NCBI GenBank assembly: GCA_963664325.2
Contig: CAXXDQ010000004.1
Location: 640,001 to 704,000 of the forward strand
Length of the DNA: 64,000 nt
Origin: Desulfomonilia bacterium
GTDB lineage: Bacteria; Desulfobacterota; Desulfomonilia; UBA1062
Reading direction: 5' to 3'
The translations under genes were made by a program, and so were the position numbers. Of this stretch, positions 1 through 10,390 are shown one piece after another. Positions within the stretch are counted from its first letter, which is position 1. Each line of letters starts with the position of its first letter. The notes beneath the pieces are model-generated. The model did not search any database. It was not told the DNA's origin and saw only the letters and a list, made by a program, of their open reading frames with translations.

Positions 1-1196
1 CTTCCGAATGCAACGATGAGCATGCTTATGATAACCGGGCCGAATCCTTTGCCGAGATCGTCGGTCAGATTGAAAAGCGAGAAAATCGATCCCCTTGTTT
101 CCGGGGAGTTCACGTTCAGAACGATTGCCTTTGTATTCGGACCGGTAATAGCCACTATGAAACCTGTTATGAAGCCTACAATTACAGGGATTATATAGGC
201 CGGGTTGTGAACGCCTGCCTGTGACGGATAGTTAAGCAGCAGCGCCATCGGGATCACACCCGCTATTGTGGTTGTACCGCAGAGCAGGGGAAGGTATTTC
301 GGATTTTTTTTGTAAACTTTATTTCCTATCAGTCCGCCTGCAAATCCTCCGAGGATTGCGCCTGCACCCACAACCATAACGATCAGCGTAGCCGCCGCAA
401 CGCTGAACCCCTTTTCCTGCGAATAGAAATCATTGAGATAAATGAAGAACACTCCCCACGGGATAGTGCCGGGAATTCCTTCAAGGAATATAAGAAGATT
501 TGTCCTTATCCTGAACATGTCCTTGTAGACATTCCAGTTTATCTTTGCCGTGTAGGCTTTGCCGCTTTCGATAAGCTCTTTGAGACTGTCTTCGGTCCTG
601 CCGCGGGCCGGTTCCTTTACTGAGAACCAGAAGACCAGTATGAATATGAAGTTTGGGACTCCGACAAGAATAAAGGGCAACCTCCATCCATAAGCAGGCC
701 CGATCATTCCGGCAAGCAGCTGTCCGGCGGCAATACCCAGGCCTTGAGCCAGTGATATCCACCCGGCCGCCGCTGCCCTGCTGTTATGTGAGAAGTAATC
801 GCCTATCAGGGAATATGTAAGCGGCAGGGCGCCTCCAATTGCAATACCGGTAAGCGCCCTGAGCCAGAAAAGCTGTGTATAGTTTTGCGCCAAACCGGTA
901 AGTATGCATGGTATCTCACCCAGGATAATCGTTGCAATGAACAGGTTCTTCCTTGATATCAGGTCGGTAAGATATCCTATTCCCAAGGTGACAAGACCCC
1001 CTATTACCCAGAACATGAATGAGATGTTGCCGCCAAGTTTAACGTCGCGCTCGTTCGGGGAAAAGCCGAAATCGTTCGCAATCTGTGTAAGGTTAGGGGC
1101 CATGAGGTTCTGGTCAGCAAAAAGGAAAAACCCGATCAATGCTATAAGCACCACTGAATACAGTTCGCCTTTTTCAAATCTTCCTTTATTCCGCAT
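1..1196 (-). CDS. MFS transporter (Spinster-like), 3' end beyond window start
   Basis: Manual translation from ATG at 1196 (GGAG RBS): MRNKGRFEKGELYSVVLIALIGFFLFADQNLMAPNL...GYLTDLISRK (MFS motif A-like), multiple TM segments; not in the ORF track because it runs off the window. Confidence 0.85.
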   Translation of the reverse strand, partial: MRNKGRFEKGELYSVVLIALIGFFLFADQNLMAPNLTQIANDFGFSPNERDVKLGGNISFMFWVIGGLVTLGIGYLTDLISRKNLFIATIILGEIPCILTGLAQNYTQLFWLRALTGIAIGGALPLTYSLIGDYFSHNSRAAAAGWISLAQGLGIAAGQLLAGMIGPAYGWRLPFILVGVPNFIFILVFWFSVKEPARGRTEDSLKELIESGKAYTAKINWNVYKDMFRIRTNLLIFLEGIPGTIPWGVFFIYLNDFYSQEKGFSVAAATLIVMVVGAGAILGGFAGGLIGNKVYKKNPKYLPLLCGTTTIAGVIPMALLLNYPSQAGVHNPAYIIPVIVGFITGFIVAITGPNTKAIVLNVNSPETRGSIFSLFNLTDDLGKGFGPVIISMLIVAFG

Positions 1197-1232
1197 GATT
1201 CGTCTCCATCAGAAATATTTAAGCTGAAAAGG

Positions 1233-2498
1233 TCATGCCGGTGTCCAGTATGGCCTGTATTTCCTGACGATTTCTTCTGTTATTCCGTTCGCGCCGGCGA
1301 TCTCGCCGAACATCTCGCCGCTTGGTTTGACAGTCCTGGTCTTTTCCGGTTTTGAATGGTCGACATGGATCAAACCGAATCTGGCGTCGAGCCCCTCGGT
1401 GTATTCGAAGTTGTCCATTGTGCTCCAGTGGCAGTAGCCTTCAATACCGACGCCGTCCCGAACGGCCCTGTGCATCTGGTTTACATGATCGAGTATGAAA
1501 CCGGGTCTCATCTCGTCGTTGTCATCACAAACTCCGTTTTCAGTGACGAGAATGGGAAGATGGTACATGTCCCAGAACCGTTTCAGCACCTCGTAAAAGC
1601 CTTCCGGGTCGATGTCCCAGCCGAGCTTGTTTTTGGCGAACCTGTCGTCAGGAACCGTTTCGTTGAAGAATTTTATCCTGTCGGATGAATAATAATTGAT
1701 GCAGAAAAGGTCGATTGTCTTAGATCTCCTGTTGATCTTTTCAAGAAAGTCAAGGTTGATTATCCTGTCGCGCAGCCTGGCGGCAAATATGTCAAACGGG
1801 CTTTTCGGATTATTCGGCCTTACTGGCCTTACATGGTGAGCAAAGCCCACTCTGGGGACTCCCCAGCCCTTTTTTGAAAAAGTCTCATGAATGGTCTCAT
1901 AAGCAGCGACATGCGCTTTGGCCATATTGGCAGCGCACTTGAACATAAGCCTCATGCTGAATGTCTGCGGGGGGAAAAGACCCATCATATAGGCTTCAGC
2001 CGCATATATCACGGGTTCGTTTATCGTAAGCCAGGTATCTGTCAGATCACCGAAAGATTCTATCGCTTTTTGCGCGTATTTTCTAAAATCTCCGATGACG
2101 CTTCTGTTCAGCCAGCTTCCCTTCCTGCACAGCCACAACGGATTCGAGTGGTGATGTATATCGATGACTGGCTTGATTCCTGCTGATATGACGGAAGAGA
2201 TGATTTTTCTGTAATGGCGGACGGCTTCTTCGTCGTACATGCCCTCTTCAGGTTCTATCCGCGCCCATTCGACGCTCATCCTGAATATTTTGTGGTTCAA
2301 CCGGCGCATAATCTCGATATATTCATTATAATATTCCCAGAAACCCACTGCGTCGGCTGCGCTGCTGCCGTCCTTGACCTTTCCCGGACCGGACATTGCG
2401 CTCCAGTCGTTTTTAATGCGGCCGCCTTCGGTCTGAAAGGCGGAAATCGCGCTGCCCCATAAAAAGCCTTGCGGGAAAATCATATCGATCGGTTTCAT
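1233..2498 (-). CDS. Glycoside hydrolase family 1 (beta-glucosidase-like)
   Basis: FPQGFLWGSAISAFQTEG N-terminus, TINEP acid/base, VTENG nucleophile, WSTMDNFEY motif. Confidence 0.93.
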   Translation of the reverse strand: MKPIDMIFPQGFLWGSAISAFQTEGGRIKNDWSAMSGPGKVKDGSSAADAVGFWEYYNEYIEIMRRLNHKIFRMSVEWARIEPEEGMYDEEAVRHYRKIISSVISAGIKPVIDIHHHSNPLWLCRKGSWLNRSVIGDFRKYAQKAIESFGDLTDTWLTINEPVIYAAEAYMMGLFPPQTFSMRLMFKCAANMAKAHVAAYETIHETFSKKGWGVPRVGFAHHVRPVRPNNPKSPFDIFAARLRDRIINLDFLEKINRRSKTIDLFCINYYSSDRIKFFNETVPDDRFAKNKLGWDIDPEGFYEVLKRFWDMYHLPILVTENGVCDDNDEMRPGFILDHVNQMHRAVRDGVGIEGYCHWSTMDNFEYTEGLDARFGLIHVDHSKPEKTRTVKPSGEMFGEIAGANGITEEIVRKYRPYWTPA

Positions 2499-2508
2499 TT
2501 ACACTCCG

Positions 2509-3624
2509 TCAATCGCTGTTGCGCGCTAAAATCCTGGCCGGATTCAGGGTGGTCAGGTTTGAGATGTCCGTTTCCTGGATACCGGCCTCTCTGAGCACCG
2601 GGACGACATATCCGGTGAGCCTGCAATAGCCTTCGCCGCCGCACCTCCTTGTCATCAGCTTCAGGTATACGTCCGTTCCCAGGACAATCTGCCGGGAATA
2701 CCCGGCCTTGACAAGTTCGATAAGCCCGGCAAGCCTCTGCCAGTCACTGGTGATGATCTCGCCTATCGGTTCGGTGTCGTAGCAGTGTCCGAACGAGTCG
2801 ATCGATATGTTGAAGCCCTTGTCAAGAAGATGCTTAGCCAGGCTGACATCGAGCCTCCATGATGAGGGATCGGTTACCAGTGTCATGAGCTTTTGGGAGA
2901 CGAAGAATAGCTCCTGATGTGCGATCACGGTTTTTGCCGGATTGACGCCTTCATTGAGCATGAAATCCGCCACCTCGACAACGCGCTCCCTGAAATCGAG
3001 AGGGGGATGAACACTAAGAGCAAAGCCCGTATCGTTTGACACCCTGACCGCACCCTTCAGCATGGCTTTCTGGCGGTCGCTGAAGGGGGTGACGGAAAAT
3101 GCACCGCTGTCTGTTATTGCGGCCTTGACATGTCCCGCTTTAATATCCTTGCCGTCGATGCCGTATTTTATTTCTTCTTTCATGAAATTTTCAAAATCGA
3201 CGGCGTTATATCCGCAAAACCTTTCCGGCCAGGAATCTTCAGCATAAAAACCGGTCGAGGCTATTATATGCAGCCCCGATTTTTCAGAAATGCGTCTGAC
3301 TGCCTCAATGTCCGTGCGCAGACCGGTAACGCTCATGTCGACGATGGCCCTGCCGCCTGATTTTGCAAAGTCGGCGGCCTCGGCCGTAAATAAATCCTCG
3401 TCATTCATGTCCAGGACATCCCGGCTGAGAATTACGGCATGCTTCAGTATGTGAAGGTTGGAGAGCCTGATGGGATCGTCATAAGAAACGGGCAATTCGG
3501 ATGGAAGAAAGGCCTCGTACCTGCGCCTGAACATGGTCATGTCGCATACGGTGTGTTCGTGCATGGATGTGAAGCCGAGTTCTTCGGGCCGGATGTTTCC
3601 AAGGACTGTAGTGATATAAGACAT
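2509..3624 (-). CDS. Phosphotriesterase-family (PTE/PHP) metallo-hydrolase/lactonase
   Basis: ITTVLGNI..LGFTSMHEH metal motif, IIASTGFY, SVH, IAH, LGTD motifs. Confidence 0.88.
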   Translation of the reverse strand: MSYITTVLGNIRPEELGFTSMHEHTVCDMTMFRRRYEAFLPSELPVSYDDPIRLSNLHILKHAVILSRDVLDMNDEDLFTAEAADFAKSGGRAIVDMSVTGLRTDIEAVRRISEKSGLHIIASTGFYAEDSWPERFCGYNAVDFENFMKEEIKYGIDGKDIKAGHVKAAITDSGAFSVTPFSDRQKAMLKGAVRVSNDTGFALSVHPPLDFRERVVEVADFMLNEGVNPAKTVIAHQELFFVSQKLMTLVTDPSSWRLDVSLAKHLLDKGFNISIDSFGHCYDTEPIGEIITSDWQRLAGLIELVKAGYSRQIVLGTDVYLKLMTRRCGGEGYCRLTGYVVPVLREAGIQETDISNLTTLNPARILARNSD

Positions 3625-3628
3625 GCGC

Positions 3629-4771
3629 TTACACCTTCACCCATACGCCTTTTTTATTGGATTCGACAACGGCTTTTAAGATGCGCATTTCTTCAGCACC
3701 GGTTTCGAACGTCGGACGGGGGACCGGCCTGTCGGCCCTTTCTTTCCCGAGCCGGACATCATCATAGAAATCCCTGAAGAGGTTAAGCACGGCATCATGG
3801 TAGCCCAACGGATGCCCGGCAGGCAGGGTAGCATAACCTGATGCGGCCGGATTCATTAAGGACGGGTTTTCAATCAGAATCTCGTTCGGGGTATCTCTGT
3901 GGCCTATCCAGAGCTTGTTCGTCTCGGCGTGATCCCAGGCCAGGGAATATCCGGATGCGTTTATCATGAACTCGGGAGCGGATTTTACGCCATTGACAGT
4001 CTGGCATGCAGTGAAGGTTCCGGGAGCGCCGTTGTCAAGCCTGAACATGACAGCCGCGTATTCTTCGAGCGCAACATTCACCTCTTCGAATTCGCTTGAG
4101 GTTGATGATTCGAAGGCTATCACCTGGTTTTTAGGCTTACGCCTCACCGGGATTATTGTAGCGAAGTCGGCCATAACGTCGGTTATTTTCAGCCCTGTAG
4201 CAAACTGGATGAGGTCGAACCAATGGCTTCCGAGGTCGCCTGCAATATTGGAATTTCCTGACTGTGCTTCTTCAAGTCTCCATGTCCAGTCCGATGCTTT
4301 TGAAAGCCAGTCCTGGAACCATGTTCCTGAAACCATCCTGACAGTACCTGCATCGCCGCTCTTTATGCGCAAGGCAGCCTCGATGACGGATGGATAATAC
4401 CTGTAGCAGAAATTGACCCCGGTAATCGTGCCTTTTAGGCGGGCCAGATCGGTTAGTTCCTCCGCCTCTTCAAGTTTCATGGCAAGGGGTTTTTCGCTCA
4501 TAATGCTCTTGCCTGCCTTGACGGCGGCTTTGCTCATTTCAAAGTGCATGCAGTTTGGCGAGCAGATGTGGACTGCATCGACCGAGGGATCGTTTACCGC
4601 TTCCTTCCAGTCTTTATAGACTTTTTCTATGCCGAATCTGGAAGCGGCGCTTTCAGCCAGTTTCATGTTCGCATCACAGACGCCCTTGACGTTAACATCT
4701 CCGAGACGGCGCAAGGCCTCGATATGAATGGGTCCGATATAACCGGTTCCGATTACTGCGACTGTTATCAT
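3629..4771 (-). CDS. Gfo/Idh/MocA family NAD(P)-dependent oxidoreductase
   Basis: Start refined to ATG 4771 (GGAGA RBS); GTGYIG Rossmann motif, SEKP, DLGSHWFD. Confidence 0.9.
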   Translation of the reverse strand: MITVAVIGTGYIGPIHIEALRRLGDVNVKGVCDANMKLAESAASRFGIEKVYKDWKEAVNDPSVDAVHICSPNCMHFEMSKAAVKAGKSIMSEKPLAMKLEEAEELTDLARLKGTITGVNFCYRYYPSVIEAALRIKSGDAGTVRMVSGTWFQDWLSKASDWTWRLEEAQSGNSNIAGDLGSHWFDLIQFATGLKITDVMADFATIIPVRRKPKNQVIAFESSTSSEFEEVNVALEEYAAVMFRLDNGAPGTFTACQTVNGVKSAPEFMINASGYSLAWDHAETNKLWIGHRDTPNEILIENPSLMNPAASGYATLPAGHPLGYHDAVLNLFRDFYDDVRLGKERADRPVPRPTFETGAEEMRILKAVVESNKKGVWVKV

Positions 4772-4796
4772 ACTGACATGTCTCCCGGAAATAAAT

Positions 4797-6029
4797 TTAT
4801 AATGACTCCTTAACTGCATTAATAAACTGATTTGCCCTGTTTTCAATATCCTCATCCGTCGAATTCGGGTTTATTCCGAAGGCGGCCCCCAGTCCGCGGT
4901 CGACAACGCCGACAGATAGATTGACAGTGCGCTCCAAAATCCCGTCTGTTTGCGGCAGCATCCCTTTTTCATATTCCTGAAAACAGGGATAGCAATCGCA
5001 CTTATAGGGACATCCATGTTCGGTGGTCATCCTTTTCCCGAGCAAATGCTCCATATTGCCGTAAACATGCCAGCCGCTTTTGGCCACAGTCGCCGTATCA
5101 AGCTTTGACGCGGCTTTTTCGGCAGAAGCGCTATCAGGGAAAAGAACGGTCAGAATCGTGCAGCATTCTCCGTCAGCATCGTTAATCCTGCGAAATGTTA
5201 TGCCAGGGGCATGGTTTATATGTGCCCTGAATCTGTTTTTCAGATATTTAAGCCGTTCAATGATAGCATCTATTTTCCTGAACTGGGCGATCAGGACAGC
5301 ACCGGTCAGTTCGTTCATCCGGTAATTCTGGCCGATTATTGAACGGTTGCCGACTTCGACTCCTGCTCGGCTGGGGAAATGTCCCTGATCATGGTATCCG
5401 AAAGCCCTGAAATAGAGCTCGTCGTCATCCGTCACCACCATGCCGCCGTCACCTGAATTGATTGTTTTGAAGATGTTGAAAGAGTATATGCCCATTCTGC
5501 CTATAGTCCCTGTAGCTCTTCCTTTGTATGACGCGCCGAATGACTGGGCGGCGTCTTCCAGCAGGTGAAGTCTGTGCTTTTCTGCGATTGATTCGAGCTT
5601 CTCCATATTGCAGGGATTGCCCAGCATGTGTACGGCGATTATTGCCTTTGTGCGCCGGGTTATCTTTTTTTCCACGTCGTCCGGGTCAAGTGTGAGGCTG
5701 TCGTCAATTTCTGCAAGAACAGGTACTGCCCGGGCAGCAATTACCGATGAGATTGATGCGATGAAGGTATATCCGGGCACTATCACCTCGTCACCGGGTC
5801 CAATGCCCAGTGCCGATAGCGAGGTTATAAGGGCTGCAGTTCCCGAACTGACGGCAAGGGCATGTCTGACTTTGAATTTTTGTTCAACCATTTCTTCAAG
5901 AGTTTTTACCTTGCGCCTGAAGGCGGGATTTTTTTCATCGCCGTACCTGAAAAACCAATGGCTTTTAAGCACATCCAAAACTTCGGCTTCCTCTTCTTTT
6001 CCGATCCATTCAAATCCCGGTCCTGGCAT
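4797..6029 (-). CDS. DegT/DnrJ/EryC1/StrS PLP sugar aminotransferase
   Basis: Start refined to 6029 (GGGAG RBS); SSGTAAL, GPGDEVIVP, EDAAQS, SFNIFK (PLP Lys), GDGGM. Confidence 0.92.
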   Translation of the reverse strand: MPGPGFEWIGKEEEAEVLDVLKSHWFFRYGDEKNPAFRRKVKTLEEMVEQKFKVRHALAVSSGTAALITSLSALGIGPGDEVIVPGYTFIASISSVIAARAVPVLAEIDDSLTLDPDDVEKKITRRTKAIIAVHMLGNPCNMEKLESIAEKHRLHLLEDAAQSFGASYKGRATGTIGRMGIYSFNIFKTINSGDGGMVVTDDDELYFRAFGYHDQGHFPSRAGVEVGNRSIIGQNYRMNELTGAVLIAQFRKIDAIIERLKYLKNRFRAHINHAPGITFRRINDADGECCTILTVLFPDSASAEKAASKLDTATVAKSGWHVYGNMEHLLGKRMTTEHGCPYKCDCYPCFQEYEKGMLPQTDGILERTVNLSVGVVDRGLGAAFGINPNSTDEDIENRANQFINAVKESL

Positions 6030-6062
6030 ATTGAAAACTCCCAATAAATAAAATATCAACAC

Positions 6063-6091
6063 TAAATACCCTTAAAAAGATAGCAGGTCAA
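6063..6091 (-). promoter_or_regulatory. Putative sigma70 promoter of the aminotransferase operon
   Basis: Minus strand TTGACC-17 nt-TATTTA. The AT-rich divergent region also has an imperfect palindrome TTAAA-N6-TTTAA at 6150-6165, a possible ROK operator. Confidence 0.4.
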
Positions 6092-6186
6092 GGCAAATAA
6101 TATAAAAATGGAATAAAATATAATATCAAATAATGGCAATAAGTAGTAGTTAAAATATTATTTAATGTTTACTCTTTGAATATTTT

Positions 6187-7428
6187 ATGTCATTACCGCA
6201 TTTAAATATGAAATTAAATAATCAGGAAACCAAAGTTCTCAATGCCGTATGTTTTTTACAAGAGCCTACAAGAACGGCAATAGCCGTACATGCCGGAATA
6301 AGTACGGTATCGGCAGCGGCCATACTCGAAAAGCTTAGCAGGGAAGGCATCATTAAAACCGCAGGAACTGTCAAAGGCCAGGGCGGAAGGCCTTCGGTTC
6401 TTTATTCATTGAATGAATCCCTTGGCTATTCTGTCGGAGTTTCGATTAACGAGGGTGTTTCCAGGATAGCATCAACAGATATGGCCGGCAACGTTGTTGA
6501 CGAACATAAATTTATCATAACCCTGTCGGAGAAAAACTCTGAACATGTTTCCGAAATTGTCAGGCAAACTGCACAGGAATTAAAAAATTTTCTTAAGAAA
6601 AAAGGGAACAGGCAGTCACGGATGATGGGATTGTGCGTTGCGCTGCCTGGTATGGTCGATTCAAAAAAGGGAGTATGGCTCCACGGTCTGCAGGTTTCCG
6701 GCATTGAACACATTCCATTGGGCGACATGCTTGAAAAAAAGATCGGTTTTCCTGTCATGATCGAAGACAAGTCCAGGTGTCTAGCCTTTTATGAGATGTC
6801 AAAGCCCGGAAATGTTAAAACAGATGATTCCGCATTTTTGTATCTGGGCGAAGGCATAGGTACAGGGCTGACTTTCGACGGAGAGCTTTATTATGGGGCA
6901 AGAGGCCTTGCCGGCGAGATCGGCCATCTGACTGCGGAACAGGACGGCTCAAGATGCGTTTGCGGGAATACCGGATGTCTGGAAACCATTTTATCCGCCT
7001 CCGCGATAATCAAAAGGTTCAGAAAAAGGCTGGAAGAGGGGGTTAAATCAAGTCTACAGCTGATTGATACCGGCGGCCTGGACCTTGATCATATTCTTGA
7101 GGCGGCAAAGAATAACGACCGTCTCGCTTTAAACACGCTCTTCGAAACCGGGGGGTATGTTGGAGATGCATGCTCAACCATAATACAGATGTTCAATCCT
7201 CAAAGGCTTACCGTGGGCGGACCGGTCGCCGTCCTTTCTGCCTTTTTCAAGGATGCTGCGATGCAGAGGATAAAGCAGCGGGTTATCCCGGAAATGCTGT
7301 GCGGCATGGAGATTGATTTTGCGGTATCTGGAGAATGGGATGAAGCCCTGGGGGCCTGCTTCATAGCTAAAGATAATGCCATCAAGAAAATAGGCACGCT
7401 GCTTGACGGCCTGAACCGGCAGCAGTAA
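6187..7428 (+). CDS. ROK family transcriptional repressor (NagC/XylR-like)
   Basis: N-terminal HTH with GGRP; GIGTGL, GEIGH, CVCGNTGCLE Zn motif; divergent from the sugar operon. Confidence 0.92.
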   Translation: MSLPHLNMKLNNQETKVLNAVCFLQEPTRTAIAVHAGISTVSAAAILEKLSREGIIKTAGTVKGQGGRPSVLYSLNESLGYSVGVSINEGVSRIASTDMAGNVVDEHKFIITLSEKNSEHVSEIVRQTAQELKNFLKKKGNRQSRMMGLCVALPGMVDSKKGVWLHGLQVSGIEHIPLGDMLEKKIGFPVMIEDKSRCLAFYEMSKPGNVKTDDSAFLYLGEGIGTGLTFDGELYYGARGLAGEIGHLTAEQDGSRCVCGNTGCLETILSASAIIKRFRKRLEEGVKSSLQLIDTGGLDLDHILEAAKNNDRLALNTLFETGGYVGDACSTIIQMFNPQRLTVGGPVAVLSAFFKDAAMQRIKQRVIPEMLCGMEIDFAVSGEWDEALGACFIAKDNAIKKIGTLLDGLNRQQ

Positions 7429-7577
7429 GGCGTTTTCCTTTCACGGTTGCTTATCTTCTCCCGATTGGTTACGAATATCATGGATAAATCCGAAAAGGAT
7501 AATATGATGTCACGGCTATGCGACTTGAAACAGCATCCCGCTTCCTTGGATGCCATGCATAAAAGGGGGAAATGAAT

Positions 7578-8444
7578 ATGCAAATTCTCAAGACCATTCC
7601 TGAGATGAAGGAATATGTTTCAAAAATCAAGGCTGAAGGTGGCAAAATAAGCTTTGTACCGACCATGGGCTACCTGCACAAGGGACATCTCGATCTGATG
7701 GTGAAGGCGAAGGAATATTCGCCGCATGTTGTCGTAAGCATATTCGTCAACCCAACACAATTCGCTCCGAATGAAGACCTTGACAAATATCCGCGTGACT
7801 TCGAGCGCGACGAGGAACTGTGCAGGGAGGTGGGAGTAGAGTGCATATTCTATCCTGAGCCGAAAGAAATATACCCTGACGGATATGCCACCTATATAAC
7901 CGTGGAAGGCCTCAGTGAAGGCCTGTGCGGTGTTTCAAGGCCCATCCATTTCAGGGGTGTGGCAACCGTTGTCGCAAAGCTTTTCAATGTCGTCGAGCCG
8001 GATTTTGCCGTATTCGGAGAAAAGGACTACCAGCAGCTTGCGGTAATAAAGCGTATGGTGAAAGACCTCAACATGAGGGTCGTGATTATTGGTTACCCCA
8101 CGGTCAGGGAAAAAGACGGGCTCGCGATGAGTTCACGCAATGCTTACCTCAGTCCTGACGAAAGGAAGACAGCCACTGTCCTCATCCGTTCGCTGAGGCA
8201 TGCGCTGAGCCTTTTCAAAAGCGGGGTTACCGATGCAAAAACCCTCAGGAACGAAGTGGCCTCGATGATAGAGGCCGCACCCGGCTGTATAATCGATTAT
8301 GTGGAAATTGTTGACGGTGTATCGCTTGTCCCTGTCGAAACGGCCACAGAGGGTTCGGTTATGGCCATTGCAGTAAAGCTTGGCAGAACAAGGCTTATCG
8401 ATAATATAAGCTTTTTCCTCGGAGTGTCTGAAGTTGCCCCTTAA
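7578..8444 (+). CDS. panC: Pantoate--beta-alanine ligase
   Basis: VPTMGYLHKGH, SIFVNPTQF, RPIHFRGV, FGEKDYQQ, LAMSSRN, RLIDN. Confidence 0.97.
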   Translation: MQILKTIPEMKEYVSKIKAEGGKISFVPTMGYLHKGHLDLMVKAKEYSPHVVVSIFVNPTQFAPNEDLDKYPRDFERDEELCREVGVECIFYPEPKEIYPDGYATYITVEGLSEGLCGVSRPIHFRGVATVVAKLFNVVEPDFAVFGEKDYQQLAVIKRMVKDLNMRVVIIGYPTVREKDGLAMSSRNAYLSPDERKTATVLIRSLRHALSLFKSGVTDAKTLRNEVASMIEAAPGCIIDYVEIVDGVSLVPVETATEGSVMAIAVKLGRTRLIDNISFFLGVSEVAP

Positions 8445-10282
8445 TGGGGATTTTCGTCCGTTACTTTTTCGAGGACGGTATCCCCCCAACTGTCTGTAAC
8501 CCTTGTCCTGATTTTAAGCAGTGCCCTGATTTTCAATGCTGCCGAGGCCATTATTATGATGATGAGCAGCATTATAAGACCGCAAAGGCCGGCCAGCAGG
8601 TACAGGCCTTTGGGCAGGTAGTTCACGGTTATGCTCAGATAGCCGCTCCACAATGTTATAACCGCCATGGCGGCTCCCGGGATGAGGGTGATCCATATAT
8701 ATTTCAATCTGTCCATGCGAATCAGCATGGTACTGACGATTATAAGAGCGCATGCGGCCAGCAGCTGGTTGCTGATGCCGAATAAGGGCCAGATCGTGGC
8801 GATGGATCCTGTGTAAAGGAGATAGCCCCATAAAAATGAAAAAACCGTTCCGGTTATTATTATCCCCGGTATCCAATGATGGTCGTTAAATTTGGGGATA
8901 AACTTTCCCACCATCTCCTGCAGGAGAAACCTGCCCGCCCTGGTTCCTGCATCGATAAGGGTCAGTATGAAAACAGCCTCAAACATTATGGCGAAGTGGT
9001 ACCAGTACGAAAGGAACTTGTCCATTGAGGGGATCTTTGAGAATACGTAAGACATCCCGACCGCCAGGGAGACAGCCCCGCCGGGCCGGCCCTGGAGCTT
9101 TTCTTCAAGCACGCTGGAAAGCCAGGGGAGATCAAAAGGTTTCATCCCGAGTATGGCGTATTCGCTGGCGGACGAATTTATTGCAAAATAGTCTGCAGGT
9201 ACAAGGACACAGGCCGCAATCAGGGCCATCATTGCGACAAGGCCTTCAAACAGCATGGCACCATATCCGACAAAGAGGATATCCTTTTCGCTTGCGATCA
9301 TCTTGGGCGTGGTTCCCGATGCGATCGTAGCGTGAAAACCCGATATTGCGCCGCATGCAATCGTAATGAATATAAATGGAAAAGCACTGCCCGGAACCAC
9401 TGGACCTCCGCCGTGAACAAAGCCGGTTAAAGGGGGCATCTGCAGCCTGGGCTGCATAAACACGATGCCCACGGCTAGCGCAAAGATCGTGATGATCTTC
9501 AGGAATGTCGAGAGGTAATCCCTGGGTGCAAGCAGCAGCCATACGGGAAGGACCGATGCTGCAAAGGCATAAAAGGGCAGGGCCAGTGAAATCTGTTTTT
9601 TTGTCAATCTGAACATGGAAGCGATAAACGGGATATCGGTGACATTGTTGCCCAGGAACACCGCTGAAAACAGGATTACGACACCGACTATGCTTGCGAT
9701 GACAATACCCCTGTTGCCCGTATTTTTCATTATCAAACCCATGATGATGGCCGCAGGTATGGTTGTGGCTACGACAAACATCCCCCAGGGGCTGTCGGAA
9801 AGGGCATTGGTCATCGCAATTGAGGCCCCGGCGATGGTCAGGATAAGTATCAGGACAAATGCGATTGAGGCGACGGAACCGGCAGTCCTGCCGATTTCAT
9901 TCCTGGCTATGACCGCCAGGCTTTCACCCCTGTGCCTTATCGAGGCAAAGAGCACAACTATATCGTGCACCGATCCTGCAAGAACCGCCCCGATCAGAAT
10001 CCATAGCGCACCGGGCAGAAACCCGAACTGGGCTGCCAGGACCGGTCCCATCAGAGGGCCTGCACCTGCTATTGCAGCGAAATGGTGCCCGAAAAGAACA
10101 AAGCGGTTTGTCTTATGATAATCGATACCATCGGCCATGCTTTCTGACGGTGACCTTCGCGACGGATCGACTTTTAAAACTCTTGAGGCAATAAACAATC
10201 CGTAATACCTGTATGCAAGGGCAAAGACACACAGGGCAACGAACACAAGCACTGCTGAATTTAGACCGGTCAGATACTCCAT
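8441..10282 (-). CDS. cstA: Carbon starvation protein A (CstA/BtsT family transporter)
   Basis: FGHHFAAIAGAGPL, ITIACGAISGFH, DAGTRAGR, IWPLFGISNQLLA. Confidence 0.95.
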   Translation of the reverse strand: MEYLTGLNSAVLVFVALCVFALAYRYYGLFIASRVLKVDPSRRSPSESMADGIDYHKTNRFVLFGHHFAAIAGAGPLMGPVLAAQFGFLPGALWILIGAVLAGSVHDIVVLFASIRHRGESLAVIARNEIGRTAGSVASIAFVLILILTIAGASIAMTNALSDSPWGMFVVATTIPAAIIMGLIMKNTGNRGIVIASIVGVVILFSAVFLGNNVTDIPFIASMFRLTKKQISLALPFYAFAASVLPVWLLLAPRDYLSTFLKIITIFALAVGIVFMQPRLQMPPLTGFVHGGGPVVPGSAFPFIFITIACGAISGFHATIASGTTPKMIASEKDILFVGYGAMLFEGLVAMMALIAACVLVPADYFAINSSASEYAILGMKPFDLPWLSSVLEEKLQGRPGGAVSLAVGMSYVFSKIPSMDKFLSYWYHFAIMFEAVFILTLIDAGTRAGRFLLQEMVGKFIPKFNDHHWIPGIIITGTVFSFLWGYLLYTGSIATIWPLFGISNQLLAACALIIVSTMLIRMDRLKYIWITLIPGAAMAVITLWSGYLSITVNYLPKGLYLLAGLCGLIMLLIIIIMASAALKIRALLKIRTRVTDSWGDTVLEKVTDENPH

Positions 10283-10390
10283 GCTTCAAATCCCCTGGTA
10301 ATGTGATGAAATAGTTATCGGAACCAATACAGTCTTACTTGAGCTGTTAAAAAGATACCTGGCTGATTTTACTCATGTCCCCGCACGCGG

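Noticed and set aside
8441-8444. Convergent panC/cstA stop-codon overlap
   Set aside because: A 4-nt TTAA tail overlap is common and not notable.
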